From assembly GCF_037042905.1 (NCBI RefSeq), contig NC_087247.1:13144001-13208000 (forward strand): a stretch of DNA of 64,000 bases, in the 5' to 3' direction. Below, piece by piece: positions 26,075 to 39,391 of this stretch; position 1 is the stretch's first letter; every line of letters begins with the position of its first letter. Both the position numbers and the translations under genes were made by a program. Source of the DNA: Lytechinus pictus. Lineage: Eukaryota. The notes beneath the pieces were generated by a model, which was not told where the DNA came from, did no database searches, and saw only the letters and a list, made by a program, of their open reading frames with translations.

Positions 26075-27227
26075 TCAATCCATATAGTTTGGCTTTTCAT
26101 CGGCAAGTATTCTCTTCATACTTTCAAAGAATGCATAAGCGTTGTGTTCGTAGCAGTCATCATCGGCTACTGATTTGATGACTTCATGAGGAGCTTTCAT
26201 CATTTGGGCACCAGACGACATTAGCAAAACCTGTATTTAAGAGGATAGAGAAAGGAGGGAAATCTTTTTGAAAATATGAAAGTTCAAGCTGACGAAGGGA
26301 TGAAAGGCAACAATTTTTAAGGGGAGAACAAATAATGATAGTAATAGATAAGATTTATTATATCCCAAATCCCCTCTGCGGAGTACCGGAGGTACAATTA
26401 ATGAAGGAACAGAGAAAGGGAAAAGAAAGTCTGCATAATTATGCATTGATAAGTTAAAGATCTTGAGGAGTTTACTAAATAATTATAGGGAGCAAGTTTC
26501 TTTCGTGATGATTTTGCTTCTATTCAATTTTTCCAATTTTAGAAAAGGAAAACGTGATGGTATTGCAGTTCCTTTGAACCCTTTTGAAGTTCTAGAAGTT
26601 GTCTTCTGAAACAACGTTGTCCAAGTACATGGTCTGAGGGAAACTTCAGAATTCAGTAGTCGAGAAGTTAAAACACTGAGCACGATCTATGGTATGCATG
26701 CACGTAAGATTAGAAAGCACATCGTTGTAGGCTGTTGTGAGTAGTACGTACAGTGGCAGATCGGGGGAGGGGGGTCTAAGTTGATGGACCAGCCACTTTG
26801 TAGGCCTATAGATGTTGGGAATCTAGCTGTCGGGTACTGATGCTGAGAAGGGTCATTGTACTTGTGAGCGTGTGTGCATTTTTCATTTATTTATATCAAC
26901 ACTGAATACTCTGCTATTCGCTTCAACCTTTTGGCTGTTTTTCCAGTATGTTTTGTAACTCGTGAAAAGAAAGCACATACAACAAATTAATTGTTAAGTT
27001 ATTGTTGAATTTGTTTGTACAAAAGGTGTTGGTTGTTGTCTATCAGGGTGTGTGTTACTATTTGGAATAACTTTCAAGATTCTATGGTGGATATCTATTT
27101 TAATTGAATTTAATTCAGAGACTATACCTGTCAAAAATGTCTTGCACACAGAACAAGTTGGTTTACAAAGAGAGTTTTCCATTGTAAAGTAAAGACGATT
27201 AATATAAATGCAATCAACCAGAGAGTG

Positions 27228-27258
<31 letters not shown>

Positions 27259-30200
27259 ATTGTATATATAACCAAATAATGCTGATGATAATGCTTTGAT
27301 TGCCAATAAAGTTTTTATTATTCACTTGATTTCTCGACGGTTCTCCATCTCCTTCAGGAGTTTACCAGAAGACGGAGGACCGTCGACAATTTGTGTGAAT
27401 AATAAAAACTTTATTGGCAATCAAAGCATCATCAGCATTGTTTTGTTACCTTACTTAAGCCAATACGTGAAACTTTAAGATATATATATATACATCTTGC
27501 TATCACAAACCTGTAGTTGTGCTGCTCTTTCGAGATAGTATAGGTAATCAAAGGCATCACACGCTCTCTTCGCCACCGATAAAACTCCATGTTGCTTCAT
27601 GAGGAGAATATCTTTGGTTCCCAACACCTTGGCCAGCCTCTCACCTTCATCAGAAGCGTTTGCGAACCCGTCGTAATCCTCGTCATAAGCAATCCTGTCG
27701 AGGAATCGCATGCTGTTCTGAGTTGCACCTATCTTGAATGGTTCAGGATCGTTCATGCAAGCTGGATAGATCGGTTGAAAGGTGGAAAAGACAAAGTGAT
27801 GGAGAGCGTATCAATATTAAAAGCATATGTGGTATATTAGATCTGAAAACTTGTTTTTTCCGGTGATTTATTAGATTAATTATTTTTATTTTAATGAATT
27901 GCCAGTGTCGACACACTGCACAACATTGCAAAATCATGTTCCAATTTCTCACTGCACTGAACACAGTGTGATTACAGCGTTGTCAAACTATGTTTCACTG
28001 TTTAACTTTTATATGTTTATCTATATTGATTGCTGTTAATAGTAATGGTTTATAAAGTATTATATATTTATTGTTACCATAAATTTTTCATTTCTGAAAA
28101 ATATTAATGCATATAAAATTAAAATATGCAAATTATGTCGTCATACTGCGCTGAACAAATGCCACACAGTAGTAATTTTCTTTTCACTGTGTACGTGGAA
28201 CTATGCACCCGCCCTGCTTACTGAATTCCACACAGTGGCTATCTTGTTCACAGAATGGTTTTATATCTTAACTGCATGGGTATCATGTAAACACACTGTG
28301 GCAAATTAATGTGTCACTGAATTGCACGTATCTTCCTGTGTGTTGACTATGTGATTGCAGTGTCTTTGTCATTATCACACAGTGAAGAAGCAAGATGACA
28401 GCATGGACGGTGACTGTTTCACTGTGTGGCAACTAAATGTGACATCAAGAGCCCACTTTGTGTTTATATTGTGTTCTCACTGTGGTCAGACTGTGTTCAT
28501 ACAATTGACTATAGGTGTTCAGTATATTAACACACTGGAATGTTTCACTGCACGGCAACTATATGTGACACAATTGGCCCACTTTTTGTTCACATTGTGT
28601 TCTCTATGCACTGTGGTCAGAATGTGTTCATACAATTGACTATGTGTTCAGTATGACACACTGAAATGTTTCATTGTTTGGCAACTATTGTGTGACACAA
28701 TGAGTCCACATTGTGTTCTCACCATGGTCAGATTGTGTTCACATAACAGACTGTGTTCACAATTTTAATACACTGAATTTGTTCTCTGTGTGGCAACTAT
28801 ATATGACACAATGAGCCCAAATTGTCTTCAAATTGTGTTCTCACTGTGGTCACACTATGTTCATACAATTGACTATGTGTTCATTATTAACACACTAGAA
28901 TGTTTCACTGTGTGGCAACTATATGTGACACAATGAGACCACCTTGCGTTCACACAGCCCTCAAGGACAGCAGATTGTTAACTGATGAGGCCACCCTGAT
29001 TAAATAAAACTGAAAATGTAATGAATAAACATTGCCAAATTGTGTTCTTACTCCAGTGAGACTGTTCATATAATTAACTATGTGTTCAATATTTTAACAT
29101 ACTGTGTTGACCTCTTTCCGGCAGGGACATACTCTTATGTATATATGCTAGATGCTACCATGCAATCAAGTGTCATGTGACCAAAGCAGATCACCCTCCG
29201 AAGTTGTAAAATATTTAAAATAGAATTATTGCCAAAATTTAATTGACAGCTTACCGATGGCTGTGGTATATGGTTGATGGGTGTGCAGTACTGCTTTCAT
29301 TCCGTCTATTGGATAACGTACATTATGGATAGGTCTATGTATACAGGAAGCAGAAATATTCGGCTCTCCCTCTCCCTCTACAACTTCGCCAGTGAAGAAA
29401 TCAATTCCCATTAGGCTTGAAGCAGTCACCTTGCAAAAATAATGTACACATGTATGTATATATAGATATTTATTGCTATTTTTAATGTTTAAATTGCCCC
29501 ATTGCTTATATTTCAGTATTTTGCATCATTTGCAACTACTGACATATTATTTCACCTCAGAATACCCTTATAAAAATCGACAATGGTATCTGAATGGTGG
29601 CGAATGGTGAATTGAATTGTAAATGGTTCGTGATTGATATTTAAGTGGTGTTTCAATAGTAATTGCTTAATGGTAAGCGGTAGTCTGTTTGATGGTGAAT
29701 AGTGTACCATATACCCAAGGGTGTCTCAGTGGTATACAATGGTGTCTCAGTTGTATGTACCCAATGGTATGATTTGTATGGTGAATGGTATACCATATTC
29801 CCAATGGTGTCTCAGAGGTATGTGCCTCTAATAATGGTATGATTGGTATGGTGAATGATATACCATATACCCAATGGTGTCTCAGTTGTATGTGCCTCAT
29901 GGTATGATTTGTATGGTGAACGGTATACCATATATCAAATGGTGTCTCAGTGGTATCCAATGGTCTCGGTGGTATGTGCCTAGTATGATTGGAATGGTAA
30001 ATGGTATACCATGTACCCAATGGTGACTGTCAGTGGTATCCAGTGGTATGGTATGTGCCTATAATGGTATGATTGGTATGGTAAATGGTATACCATACGC
30101 CCAATGATTTCTCAGTAGTATGTGCCTAATGGTATAATGGATAGTTGTTTTAAAGGCGAATGGAATACCAAAAGATGAATTGTAACGCAATTATGGCTTA

Positions 30201-33200
30201 GTGGTGTGTGCCTAATGAATGGTATTTATGTTAATGGTGAATGGTATGCCCAATTGCATTACCCACTAACATAATTCTTAAGATTTGAAGAAAATCCATC
30301 AAAGATTAAAAGTAATTAGAGTTATTAACATTTTTGATATTTGACTTTTATGCGAGAAGCTTCCCCAAATCAAGCCTAATCGCTCACGATGGTAAACATG
30401 GTCTCCTGCAATCTTTTTAATTGTCTTTGCCTTTATTGAGTAAAGGGGCTATATTTGTTTAAATATTATTGACCCAGTGCTTATACTACAATATTATTAA
30501 TTTGTTATATTTCATAATGGTACATATTACCTTGTAAATTTATATCTGATGAACTGAGTGCAAAAATAGAAGCAATCAATAAAATTTTATTTGATAAAAA
30601 GGGTTTGTATTGTACCTTAATATCAATAGTCAAATCATTTCACAACCGTTCCTGAAAGGTAAGAATATAGTCATCATTTACCATTAGAATTTTGAAATCT
30701 ATACATGTAAGTTTTGGGAGCATGAGCAAGATGTGTATTGTACTAAATAAAAAATTGTACATTTCACCATCCTAATGGTGAAAGGCACTTAGACCGCTAG
30801 CTATTAAATCAACCATTAGAAAACTTTCATTCTACAAGAAAATTGTCGACGGGAGGGGGTGGAGGGGAGGCGAACGTGTCAATCAGAACTCCCTTGTGGT
30901 CAATTACCTCTCTCCAGTGCATTCCATATGGAATGAGAAGCATGACATCTTCTTCTCTGACACGAGAGGGCGCTCTAAGAGTCAAGTGGTTGCAGATGCC
31001 CTCGCCCATACCATAGTACTCCAATGCCCTGTATGTCACAGCGAGATCAACACGGGCCTTATAATTGGCTTCTTCGCGACTAGATTGGTCTTTAAGTTCA
31101 CTGTATTTAAGAAAAATAAATCGAAAAAGGGGCAAATAAATTATGGATTTAGTGGTGCTAGTGAAACAATATTCATTTGTACATGCCAAAAAATGTCGTT
31201 ATTTCATTATCTGGATTGTAGGTTTGCGTCAAACATGCACACATTCTTTTACTTGCAGTATCATGACCTTTCCCCTATACGGTGTTCCAAATGGTTAGTT
31301 TCACTGGGGAAAACATCTTTTTTTTTCTTTTTCGGTTGCTACTCTCTTACAACGCGTACAATAGTCTCTGACATGCTTTCTTGTTTGCTGTGTTACAGGA
31401 TATGGATAGGCCTAATTTTCGCCTAAACTAGTTTCACCCGTTGACATTGATGATCTGCTGTCCCAGTCAACTTTCGACAAAAGCCTCTCAGCTCTCCATT
31501 GTAATTTTAAATGCATTTACAAAGGAATCGATGCGTTCTAGAGAGTTTCACCGTAGTAAATGCAAAAAGAGAGTAACTACCCCCCCAAAAAAAATCGATG
31601 ATCATCATGCGTACATACGATCTGATCAACCATGATCATCTTGTACTCCCTCCTTATCATCATGTTTATCTTACCCTTATCATCATTGGTGGTGGTGATT
31701 TATTTACCTGATTGCTAATAAAGCATAAATGCTTGTATTAAAGCAAGCAACCAGAGGACCGACGGCTTAAGGTCCTCTCCGAAGGACCTGGTACTGAGGA
31801 TTAATGCCTTACCAAAGGGCACTAGCGCACCAAGTGGGAATCGAATCCGGGTCACCGGAATACGAATCCCCCGCTCTAGGCGACTGAGCTATCGCGCCTC
31901 CTGATCATAATCATAAATATGAATATTATTTTCAAAAAATATTCAGTTTAATCAAAATTAGTAAATCATTGGGGATGATGATTCAGTTCTCCCCCCCCCC
32001 CCCACCACCACCACCTGAAATATTGCGAATATATCCCCCATCCCCGGGGATCGAAAACATGCCGACCTGCCAACGTAATATCATGGAGCTATCATAGTTC
32101 CATTGTAATATGATAACCTGGATAACAAATGTGTTCGCGCGTTCTTTATCATGTAAACACTTTGCCGCCCCGTTTTCCGCTATGTGCCTTTAGTTTCCAA
32201 AAGTTGTTCTTTTTATTGGTACCTCCAAACAGACACATTTTTAGGCCTGTATTCTGACAATGTCATAAAACCACTATCACAAAACTATTATACAAATATA
32301 ACAATCAGATAAGATCTATTTCGACTCTGTAATGCGATCATATAGTAAAGAGTCAGTTTAAAAATAGAAAATGCCATAGCATTAATAATGCGTAGATAAT
32401 GTAGGGAACCTCAGTCTCCTATAATGGCAAAAAGTACAAAGGTCTACAAAATAAGTCGAGAAATTTCTCCTCTTCACAAAATAAAATAATTATAGAATTA
32501 ATTTTGAAAAGCATATATTTAATCCCCATGCAGTAGTGTCTCAACTGCATGGGATTAAAAAATGCTTTCCAAAGTACAAATAAAACAGTATGCAATTATT
32601 TTCCTTTGTGAAGGCATTTTGGATGTTCTTATTGTTGAACTTGGTGAAAGTCATGGTACAGTAAACACACTTTCAAGGGCTAATCCATGCTGAAAGTAAT
32701 ATGTTCTGAACAGATAAAGAAAAATCACACAAAGAAAGCACTGAAGATTTGATCCTAATTAATCGGACAAGGAATAATAAAGTTATGACTTTTTAAGATT
32801 TGTATAATTTCGGTTAAACAGATCTATGCATGTGTTCATGAATATTCAATGAGGAAACTGATGATGTCATATCCCCACATGTTCTTTTGTATTTTATGAT
32901 ATGAAATTGTGTTTATTCAAATTTTGTCCTAAAAGAGTAACAAATATTGGATTGACAACTGATTCAATGCATCAGATATTCATTGCTGCAACTTATTTTA
33001 TAATAAGGGATAAATCATACACACATGTATGAAAATATTAAATATTTGACAAATTTCGGCGCGATATGCCGCCCTTCAGCCCCCGCACTTTTTTTCAAAA
33101 ACCGTAAAAATGACCATCTCATGATTTTTTGCATGGTTGGCCCCCTCCACACTTTCAAAACCATTCCGCGGCCCCGCCAGGCAATATCCACATGGTTGTA

Positions 33201-33490
33201 CATCTGAAACGGACGACCTCTCTGTAAGAAGACGTATAGTCAGTTTGCTGTGCAAACCCTTCCCTCGAGGAAAATGGTCTGAAGAATAGGCCTATGCAGC
33301 CTGAAGTCCCTACCAATGACATTTGTCCGGGACTAGTTGTATTTGTGCTAGTTTTGTATGAAGACCCAATATTGTTGAACAAAGTTCCATTCAGGGCCTG
33401 TGTCTGCAAACTACTGTAGTCTGTATGTCGGATAGCAAAGCAAAGTTCAAAATGATAGTTCTCGATGCTATTCTATACTTACATTGGCAT
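26075..33490 (-). CDS. Stand-alone class II aldolase/adducin-head family protein (about 260 aa, five exons)
   Basis: Minus-strand exons 33490-33483 (ATG CCA AT|gtaagt; tentative), 31100-30908, 29429-29255, 27761-27511, 26230-26075 (TGA); phases 2/0/1/0 are consistent. Motifs ARVDLAVTYR, GMGEGICNHLT, PYGMHWREVTASSL, VLHTHQPY, LLMKQHGV and YLERAAQLQ; the metal-ligand histidines HxH and xHG are intact. Confidence 0.88.
28130..29126. repeat. About 120-bp-unit satellite array inside a TIR-type element (relative at 49199-49460)
   Basis: Recurrent tttcactgtgtggcaactatatgtgacacaatgagccc at about 28417, 28542, 28668, 28783 and 28903; terminus ctctttccggcaggg resembles ccctactggaaagaac / gttctttccaacaagg at 49.2-49.5 kb. 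Confidence 0.7.
29580..30250. repeat. About 60-bp-unit minisatellite (GGTATGATTGGTATGGTGAATGGTATACCATATACCCAATGGTGTCTCAG)
   Basis: Direct tandem repetition within an aldolase intron. Confidence 0.85.
31690..31901 (-). mobile_element. tRNA-derived SINE
   Basis: Reverse complement GGAGGCGCGATAGCTCAGTCGCCTAGAGCG...GGATTCGATTCCC (A/B boxes), then body GGACCTTAAGCCGTCGGTCC and a simple-repeat tail. Confidence 0.8.
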
Positions 33491-34097
33491 TATTTTTATA
33501 TAGCCATATTGTTGTTAAAACAAACAAAAAATACTGACTCAGCAGTTTGATTTGAATGGAGCAGGATAATAAGTTTACAAGAAGAAAGGCATGCTAAATG
33601 ACTTATCAAGAACATGGGCATTACTAGAACCTTTTGATTATGGATGGGAGACAGTGGCGTACAGATGGGGGGCTTTGGGCGCTGCCCTCCCCCCTTAAAA
33701 AAATTATCAAGAAAAAAAAAGGGGGGGAAGGGTAGTATATATCATTTTCTGAATATTATGTCAAAATATAATTTTAATGAAAATGTCGAATTTTTGCTCG
33801 CTCTCACAACTTTTCTATAAAATTTTCCTGGTACGCCATATCTAGGCCCATCAAATTTGTTTTAGCTCATTGCCCCACTGGTGTGAGACGTAGTTTGCGG
33901 ACAAACTTCTCGTTGATGCCATCCCATACCCTTCGCTTGAATACATGCCAAAAAAAAACCAAGCAATATCTCGGTTGTTCCTTTTTCCTCAGAACTTGTT
34001 GGCCACTTTAATGTATATGTACAAATATGCAATAAAAATAAAGAAAAATAAACATTAAATTGTTGCTGTAGTAGTAGTATATAGTTGTAGTAGTAGT

Positions 34098-34360
34098 NNN
34101 NNNNNNNNNNNNNNNNNNNNNNNNNNNNNNNNNNNNNNNNNNNNNNNNNNNNNNNNNNNNNNNNNNNNNNNNNNNNNNNNNNNNNNNNNNNNNNNNNNNN
34201 NNNNNNNNNNNNNNNNNNNNNNNNNNNNNNNNNNNNNNNNNNNNNNNNNNNNNNNNNNNNNNNNNNNNNNNNNNNNNNNNNNNNNNNNNNNNNNNNNNNN
34301 NNNNNNNNNNNNNNNNNNNNNNNNNNNNNNNNNNNNNNNNNNNNNNNNNNNNNNNNNNNN
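34098..34360. other. Assembly gap (further gaps at 34979-35111 and 51707-51916)
   Basis: Runs of N. Confidence 0.99.
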
Positions 34361-37300
34361 GGGATAACAGAATACTGGCCCTAATCACTGGTACAGAACC
34401 AGAATGACTTACTTATTTGTAGTTGACGCAGTTCCATTCCACCATCTCACATTGTTCAATTTAGTAAGCCTCTTGTATCCACTGCAAAACCTAGTAAATC
34501 AAGCGAAAGAAAATATTGTTAATGTCAACGCAGTATCAAGCACATCGTGTATTTCTGTCTCGCCTGCATAGCAGAAGCGAGTCGTTGGCGCCGCTTTACC
34601 GACGGCTGCGCGCGTTGCGTCAACAGTGAAATCTTGGCAATTGAAATGTCAAAACTGTAAAAGTATAAGGATCTAGTTCATGAAACTTGAACGAAAGGGT
34701 AATCAAGTATCACTGATCATTTTGTGAGTTTAAGGTCACAAGTAATTTTTGTTCAATGTACTTCATGAACTTTATAATTAAATGAATGGCGTTGGTTTTA
34801 AACAGGTTTTAAACAAGTTATGACATTTAAAATACTTCACTCATTGCTGACGCCGCGCCGTCGCTCTGCTTGTCAAACATGGTTCTGCTTTAATGTTTAA
34901 TAGTTGTTTTCAAGGTCAGCACAATTAAAACGGCTATATTGAATAGTTATGGTCGTGTAATGCAGGCAATACTGCCAGNNNNNNNNNNNNNNNNNNNNNN
35001 NNNNNNNNNNNNNNNNNNNNNNNNNNNNNNNNNNNNNNNNNNNNNNNNNNNNNNNNNNNNNNNNNNNNNNNNNNNNNNNNNNNNNNNNNNNNNNNNNNNN
35101 NNNNNNNNNNNTTGATTTTCTAAAATCATTTACAATTTATTCTCTTATGCTCTTCAAACACAGTGAAAATTGAAGCCTGATCATTAACCTTTAATTTGAT
35201 ACTAAATTATCACTGTTTGATAAAAGAATATATTGTAAATGATTGTAAAAAAATCAGTTCTGATTACAGGTGTACCCAAAATTTTGACTGGTACTGTATA
35301 TACATGTATTATATCCATAACCTTGTGTGTTTGTCTAGGTTTACTTTATTGTGCTTTGTTTTGTATTATTCTTTTTAAATGCTTTGCGTTATATCATTAT
35401 CAATGGATTATATTTCATTTTATGATCTGTCACATTATTTACTGGCCCCATATAGTCCAGGATAGAAGAGGCATAACCTTGTTTTTTCATATATACAATA
35501 TTTTTTTATGGTTTCTTGTCAATTCGAGGGTGCTGATTACGAATCTGAATGATGCCACTCGTGTAACCTTGAGCATTTTCCGCAAACTGGCAAAATCCAA
35601 TATGGCCGCCAAAATATTCAAATTGCCCATGAAAATCATAAAATTGTATGCACATTGGCTATGAAATGCATGAAATTATGTGGCAGGAGTGAAATACTCT
35701 CTGAAAAAATAGTTTTTGACAAAATATTTATTTTCCTGATATTCAAAATGGCCGCCATAGGCCCTTGTATACTCTATTATGTACAATATGAATAGGGAAA
35801 ACTAATTTTCACAAAAATGGGCACTAAACTGCAAAAAAATCGCGATGTATGAACGAAGTAATATATGCAAATCATCATTACTAACGAGATATATCATTTA
35901 TTATGTCATATATGGGAACATTGCTGTATTTCTATATCTAAAATAGCCGCCACTGGCCCAAACAGTCATTGCGTATAATGGCAATGGGGGCCAAAAAAAT
36001 CACAAGAGTGATCACTAAAATGCTTATTATGAAGATTAAACGAGTGGAATACTGACTAAAAACTTAATTGTTAACGAAATACATTATTAGTAAGCCATGT
36101 ATGTGATGAATGTTGTACTTTGATATTCAAAATGGCTGCCAAAGGCCCTAAAAGTATTATGCACAATGAGAAAGAGGAGCAAAGAAATCACAAGAGTGAG
36201 CACTAAAATGCATATATATATGTAATAAATGAATGAGATACTTTCTAAAAACGTATTTTCTAACGAAATATATCATTCAGGTTTCAGGTTTATGTTAAAT
36301 ACTGTATTTTGACTTTCAAATTGGCCGCCATAGACATTGACTGTATTATGTACAATGCAAAGTGGGAAACCAATATTCACAGGAGTGAGCACCATAAATG
36401 CACGTAATAGTGATCTATGAGTAAAACATTGTCTGAAAGCATAATTTCTATTAAGATATATCATTTATTCTGCCATTTTGATAAATACTGTTATTTTAAA
36501 GTCAAAATATGGCCGCTTCAGGCCCTTGCGGTATTATGCACAATGTGAATGGGAACAAGTCATTTCAACAGAATTTGGCTTTGCTTGGCCAAATGGTGAT
36601 GTATGAGTGAAATATTGTCTGAAAACATGATTTATAACAAAATATATCATATCTTATGTAATTTAGGTGATAAATACTGTATTTCATTATTCAAAATTGC
36701 TGTCCATATGCCCTTTTTGTGAACATTATTTGTCTCCGCTCAAATTGTATATTATACGATAAGGGCCTTTGTTGGCCATTTTCAATTTAAGAAATGCAGC
36801 ACTTATCACAAAAATTACACAGCATTATGATATATCTCGTTAGAAACCATGGTCTTAGACAATAATGCACCCTTAGATCACAATTCACAATTATGTGCAA
36901 TATTTAGAGTCTAACAAAGCCAAATTCTGTCAAAATCATATGTCCCATGTTACAATGTAAATAATACTTTTAGGACCTATGGCAGCCATTTTGAATTTCA
37001 AAGTACAGCATTTATTACCTCCACGACCAATATGTGATGTATTTAGTTAGAAATCATGTTTAAGACAATATTTTTACTCGTACAGCACAGTTATATGCAT
37101 TTTATGATTCTCACTCTTGTGAAAATTAGTTTCCTTGTTCGCATGTTACATAATTTAGTTAGGGCTTGTAGACATGGTTACTTATTTTGAATGTCAAAAT
37201 ACAGTATTTATCAACTATATGGCAGAAGAAATGCGATAATTTATATAAAAAATATGTTTTCAAATAACATTTTACTCATACAATAGGATTATATGGATGT

Positions 37301-37723
37301 CATAGTCAAGCAAATCCAAATTCTTACAAAATCATATGTCCCCATTCGCATTGTAGATAATACTGTTAGGGCCTACAGGGGCTATTTTGAATTTCATAAT
37401 ACAGCATTTATTTCATGCATGACAAAAGAAATTATATGTCTTGCAATGAAACATGTTGTCAGACAATATTTTACTCGTAGATCACAATTACATGCATTTT
37501 ATTTATCTTACTCGGGTGAAAATTAGTTTCTCCATTCGCATTGTACATGAGAAATATAGGGCCTATGGCAGCCATTTTGAATTTCAAAATACAGCATTTA
37601 TCACATAAATGGCATTTTAACAATTATGTTTTTAGTCAGTATTCCACTCATTTATCTTAATAATATGCATTTTAGTGCTCACTCTTGTCATTTTTTGGCC
37701 CCGGCCATATGATTGCCATTGTA

Positions 37724-39391
37724 CACTGTTGGTCATAAAGGTGGAATATTTTTTTTCACCAAATTTTCACAGCGTAATTATTACAACATGATTTGAATAT
37801 GGCATTTATGGTGCATGATGACCACTTTACTTTATTATTCTGCCTTTTACACACGCTTGACAGTGATATTTTACAAGTTTATGTCCTAAGCGATGGATGT
37901 CATGAGCATAGAACAACAATGACGACAATATAGGCCCTACAGTAAATTAAAGGATCATAAGATATTTATTTTCAATCTCTCTCAGTTTTCCAGATGACTT
38001 CTTTTGTGTGATTTCATGGACAAATTTGCATCAAACTTGAGTCATTGTCCTTACTCAGTCACTAGTATCGGGTATGTCCACCCCTGGCACGAACCAGCGC
38101 ATGCAGACGTCGTGGCATGCTGTCCACTAGCTTGTTGATGACGTCAACAGGCATAGCATCCCATTCTTCCCTCAGAGCATCTGCCAACTCCTGCAGATTT
38201 TGAGGAATGACCTCTCTGTCGTTGATGGCTCGGCCTAGCGCATCCCATGCATGCTATATGGGGTTCATATCCGGCGAACAAGCTGGCCATGGCAACTGTA
38301 CGACGCCCTCTGCCTCCAGGAATTCCCTTACTGCAGCGGCCCTGTGCGGTCTAGCGTTGTCATCCTGCAGTCGGAAATTGTGCCCATACACTCGTCTTGC
38401 ATATGGAAGACAGTGGAACTCCAAGATATCCCTGTAGGCGGCGGCGTTGACGTTTCCGTCCGAAACCACCAGTGGCGTTTTCCCTCCATAATGGATGCCG
38501 GCCCATATCATCACTGAGCCGCCTCCGCCTTGAGTCGTCTCGTGGATACATTCATCGCGAAGGTTTTTCCCGGCTAATCGACGGACTCGTTGTCTCCCAT
38601 CCTTTCGCTCAAGGATGAACTTGCTCTCGTCCGTGAACACCACATGTTGCCAATGTCCTGGATGAAGCCTTCTGTGCTCCCTAGCCCAAAGAAGACGAGC
38701 TACTCTGTGGCGAACAGACAGGCGTGGACATTTGGTCAACCGTCGTGCTCGGTAACCATGTTGGAGCAATCTGCGATGAACGGTTGACCGGGAAACGTTG
38801 ATCCCATGATATCTCCACAAGCGACGAAGACGGCTCGTATGGGCAATTTCCGGTTTCTGCGGCTGAAATTCAACAGTTGGCGATCATCTCTTCTTGTGGT
38901 CAAACTGGGACGTCCTGGAGATTTCCGTGGCCGCACATTCCCCGCCTTACGTTGACGTTTCAGGATCTTAGAGACTGCACTCTGTGATATCCCTAGGACT
39001 TCTGTGATATCAGTCTGCTTGTAGCCCTCCTGTCGCAGTGCTACCACTCTCTCGCGTGTTTCTGTTGCCGTTGGACCAGGCATAGTCCAGGGAACGTCTC
39101 TACCGATTTTTATTTCAAACGGTACAAGGAACTCAAAAAAATGCAACCTTCTTATACACAGTGCTAAATCAGGGAAAGGGACAGAATATCATATGCATAT
39201 CCTTTTATAGTCTACAACAAAAGAATTTATTACGTAATCCAAATTTCTCATGTTATAATTTCACCTGTGTAATGGGGAAACATTATGTAATCACTCAATT
39301 ACCATTTTGTCTACGCGTAGCCTTTCAAATACTAACAAAACTGTCGATTTTTATTAAAAAATATTTTATTCCACCTTTATGACCAACAGTG
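37724..39391 (-). mobile_element. Full-length Tc1-family transposon (1668 bp)
   Basis: 25-bp TIR CACTGTTGGTCATAAAGGTGGAATA; TA TSD at 37722-37723 and 39392-39393; internal transposase. Confidence 0.95.
38062..39083 (-). pseudogene. Tc1 DD34E transposase, disrupted
   Basis: MPGPTATETRERVVAL...GRPSLTTRRDDR (HTH/GRPR-like), frameshift near 38840, then VVFTDESKF, QDDNARPH, WPACSPDMNPI*HAWDALG...ARGGHTRY*; TAG at 38254-38256 sits at the catalytic E position. Confidence 0.93.

Noticed and set aside
28400-30250. Regularly spaced repeats resembling a CRISPR array
   Set aside because: Whole units are repeated with no unique spacers, there are no cas genes, and they lie in eukaryotic introns; these are satellites
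31351-31374. MSETIVRV|GTAAGA as the first coding exon of the aldolase
   Set aside because: Phase 0, incompatible with the phase-2 acceptor at 31100
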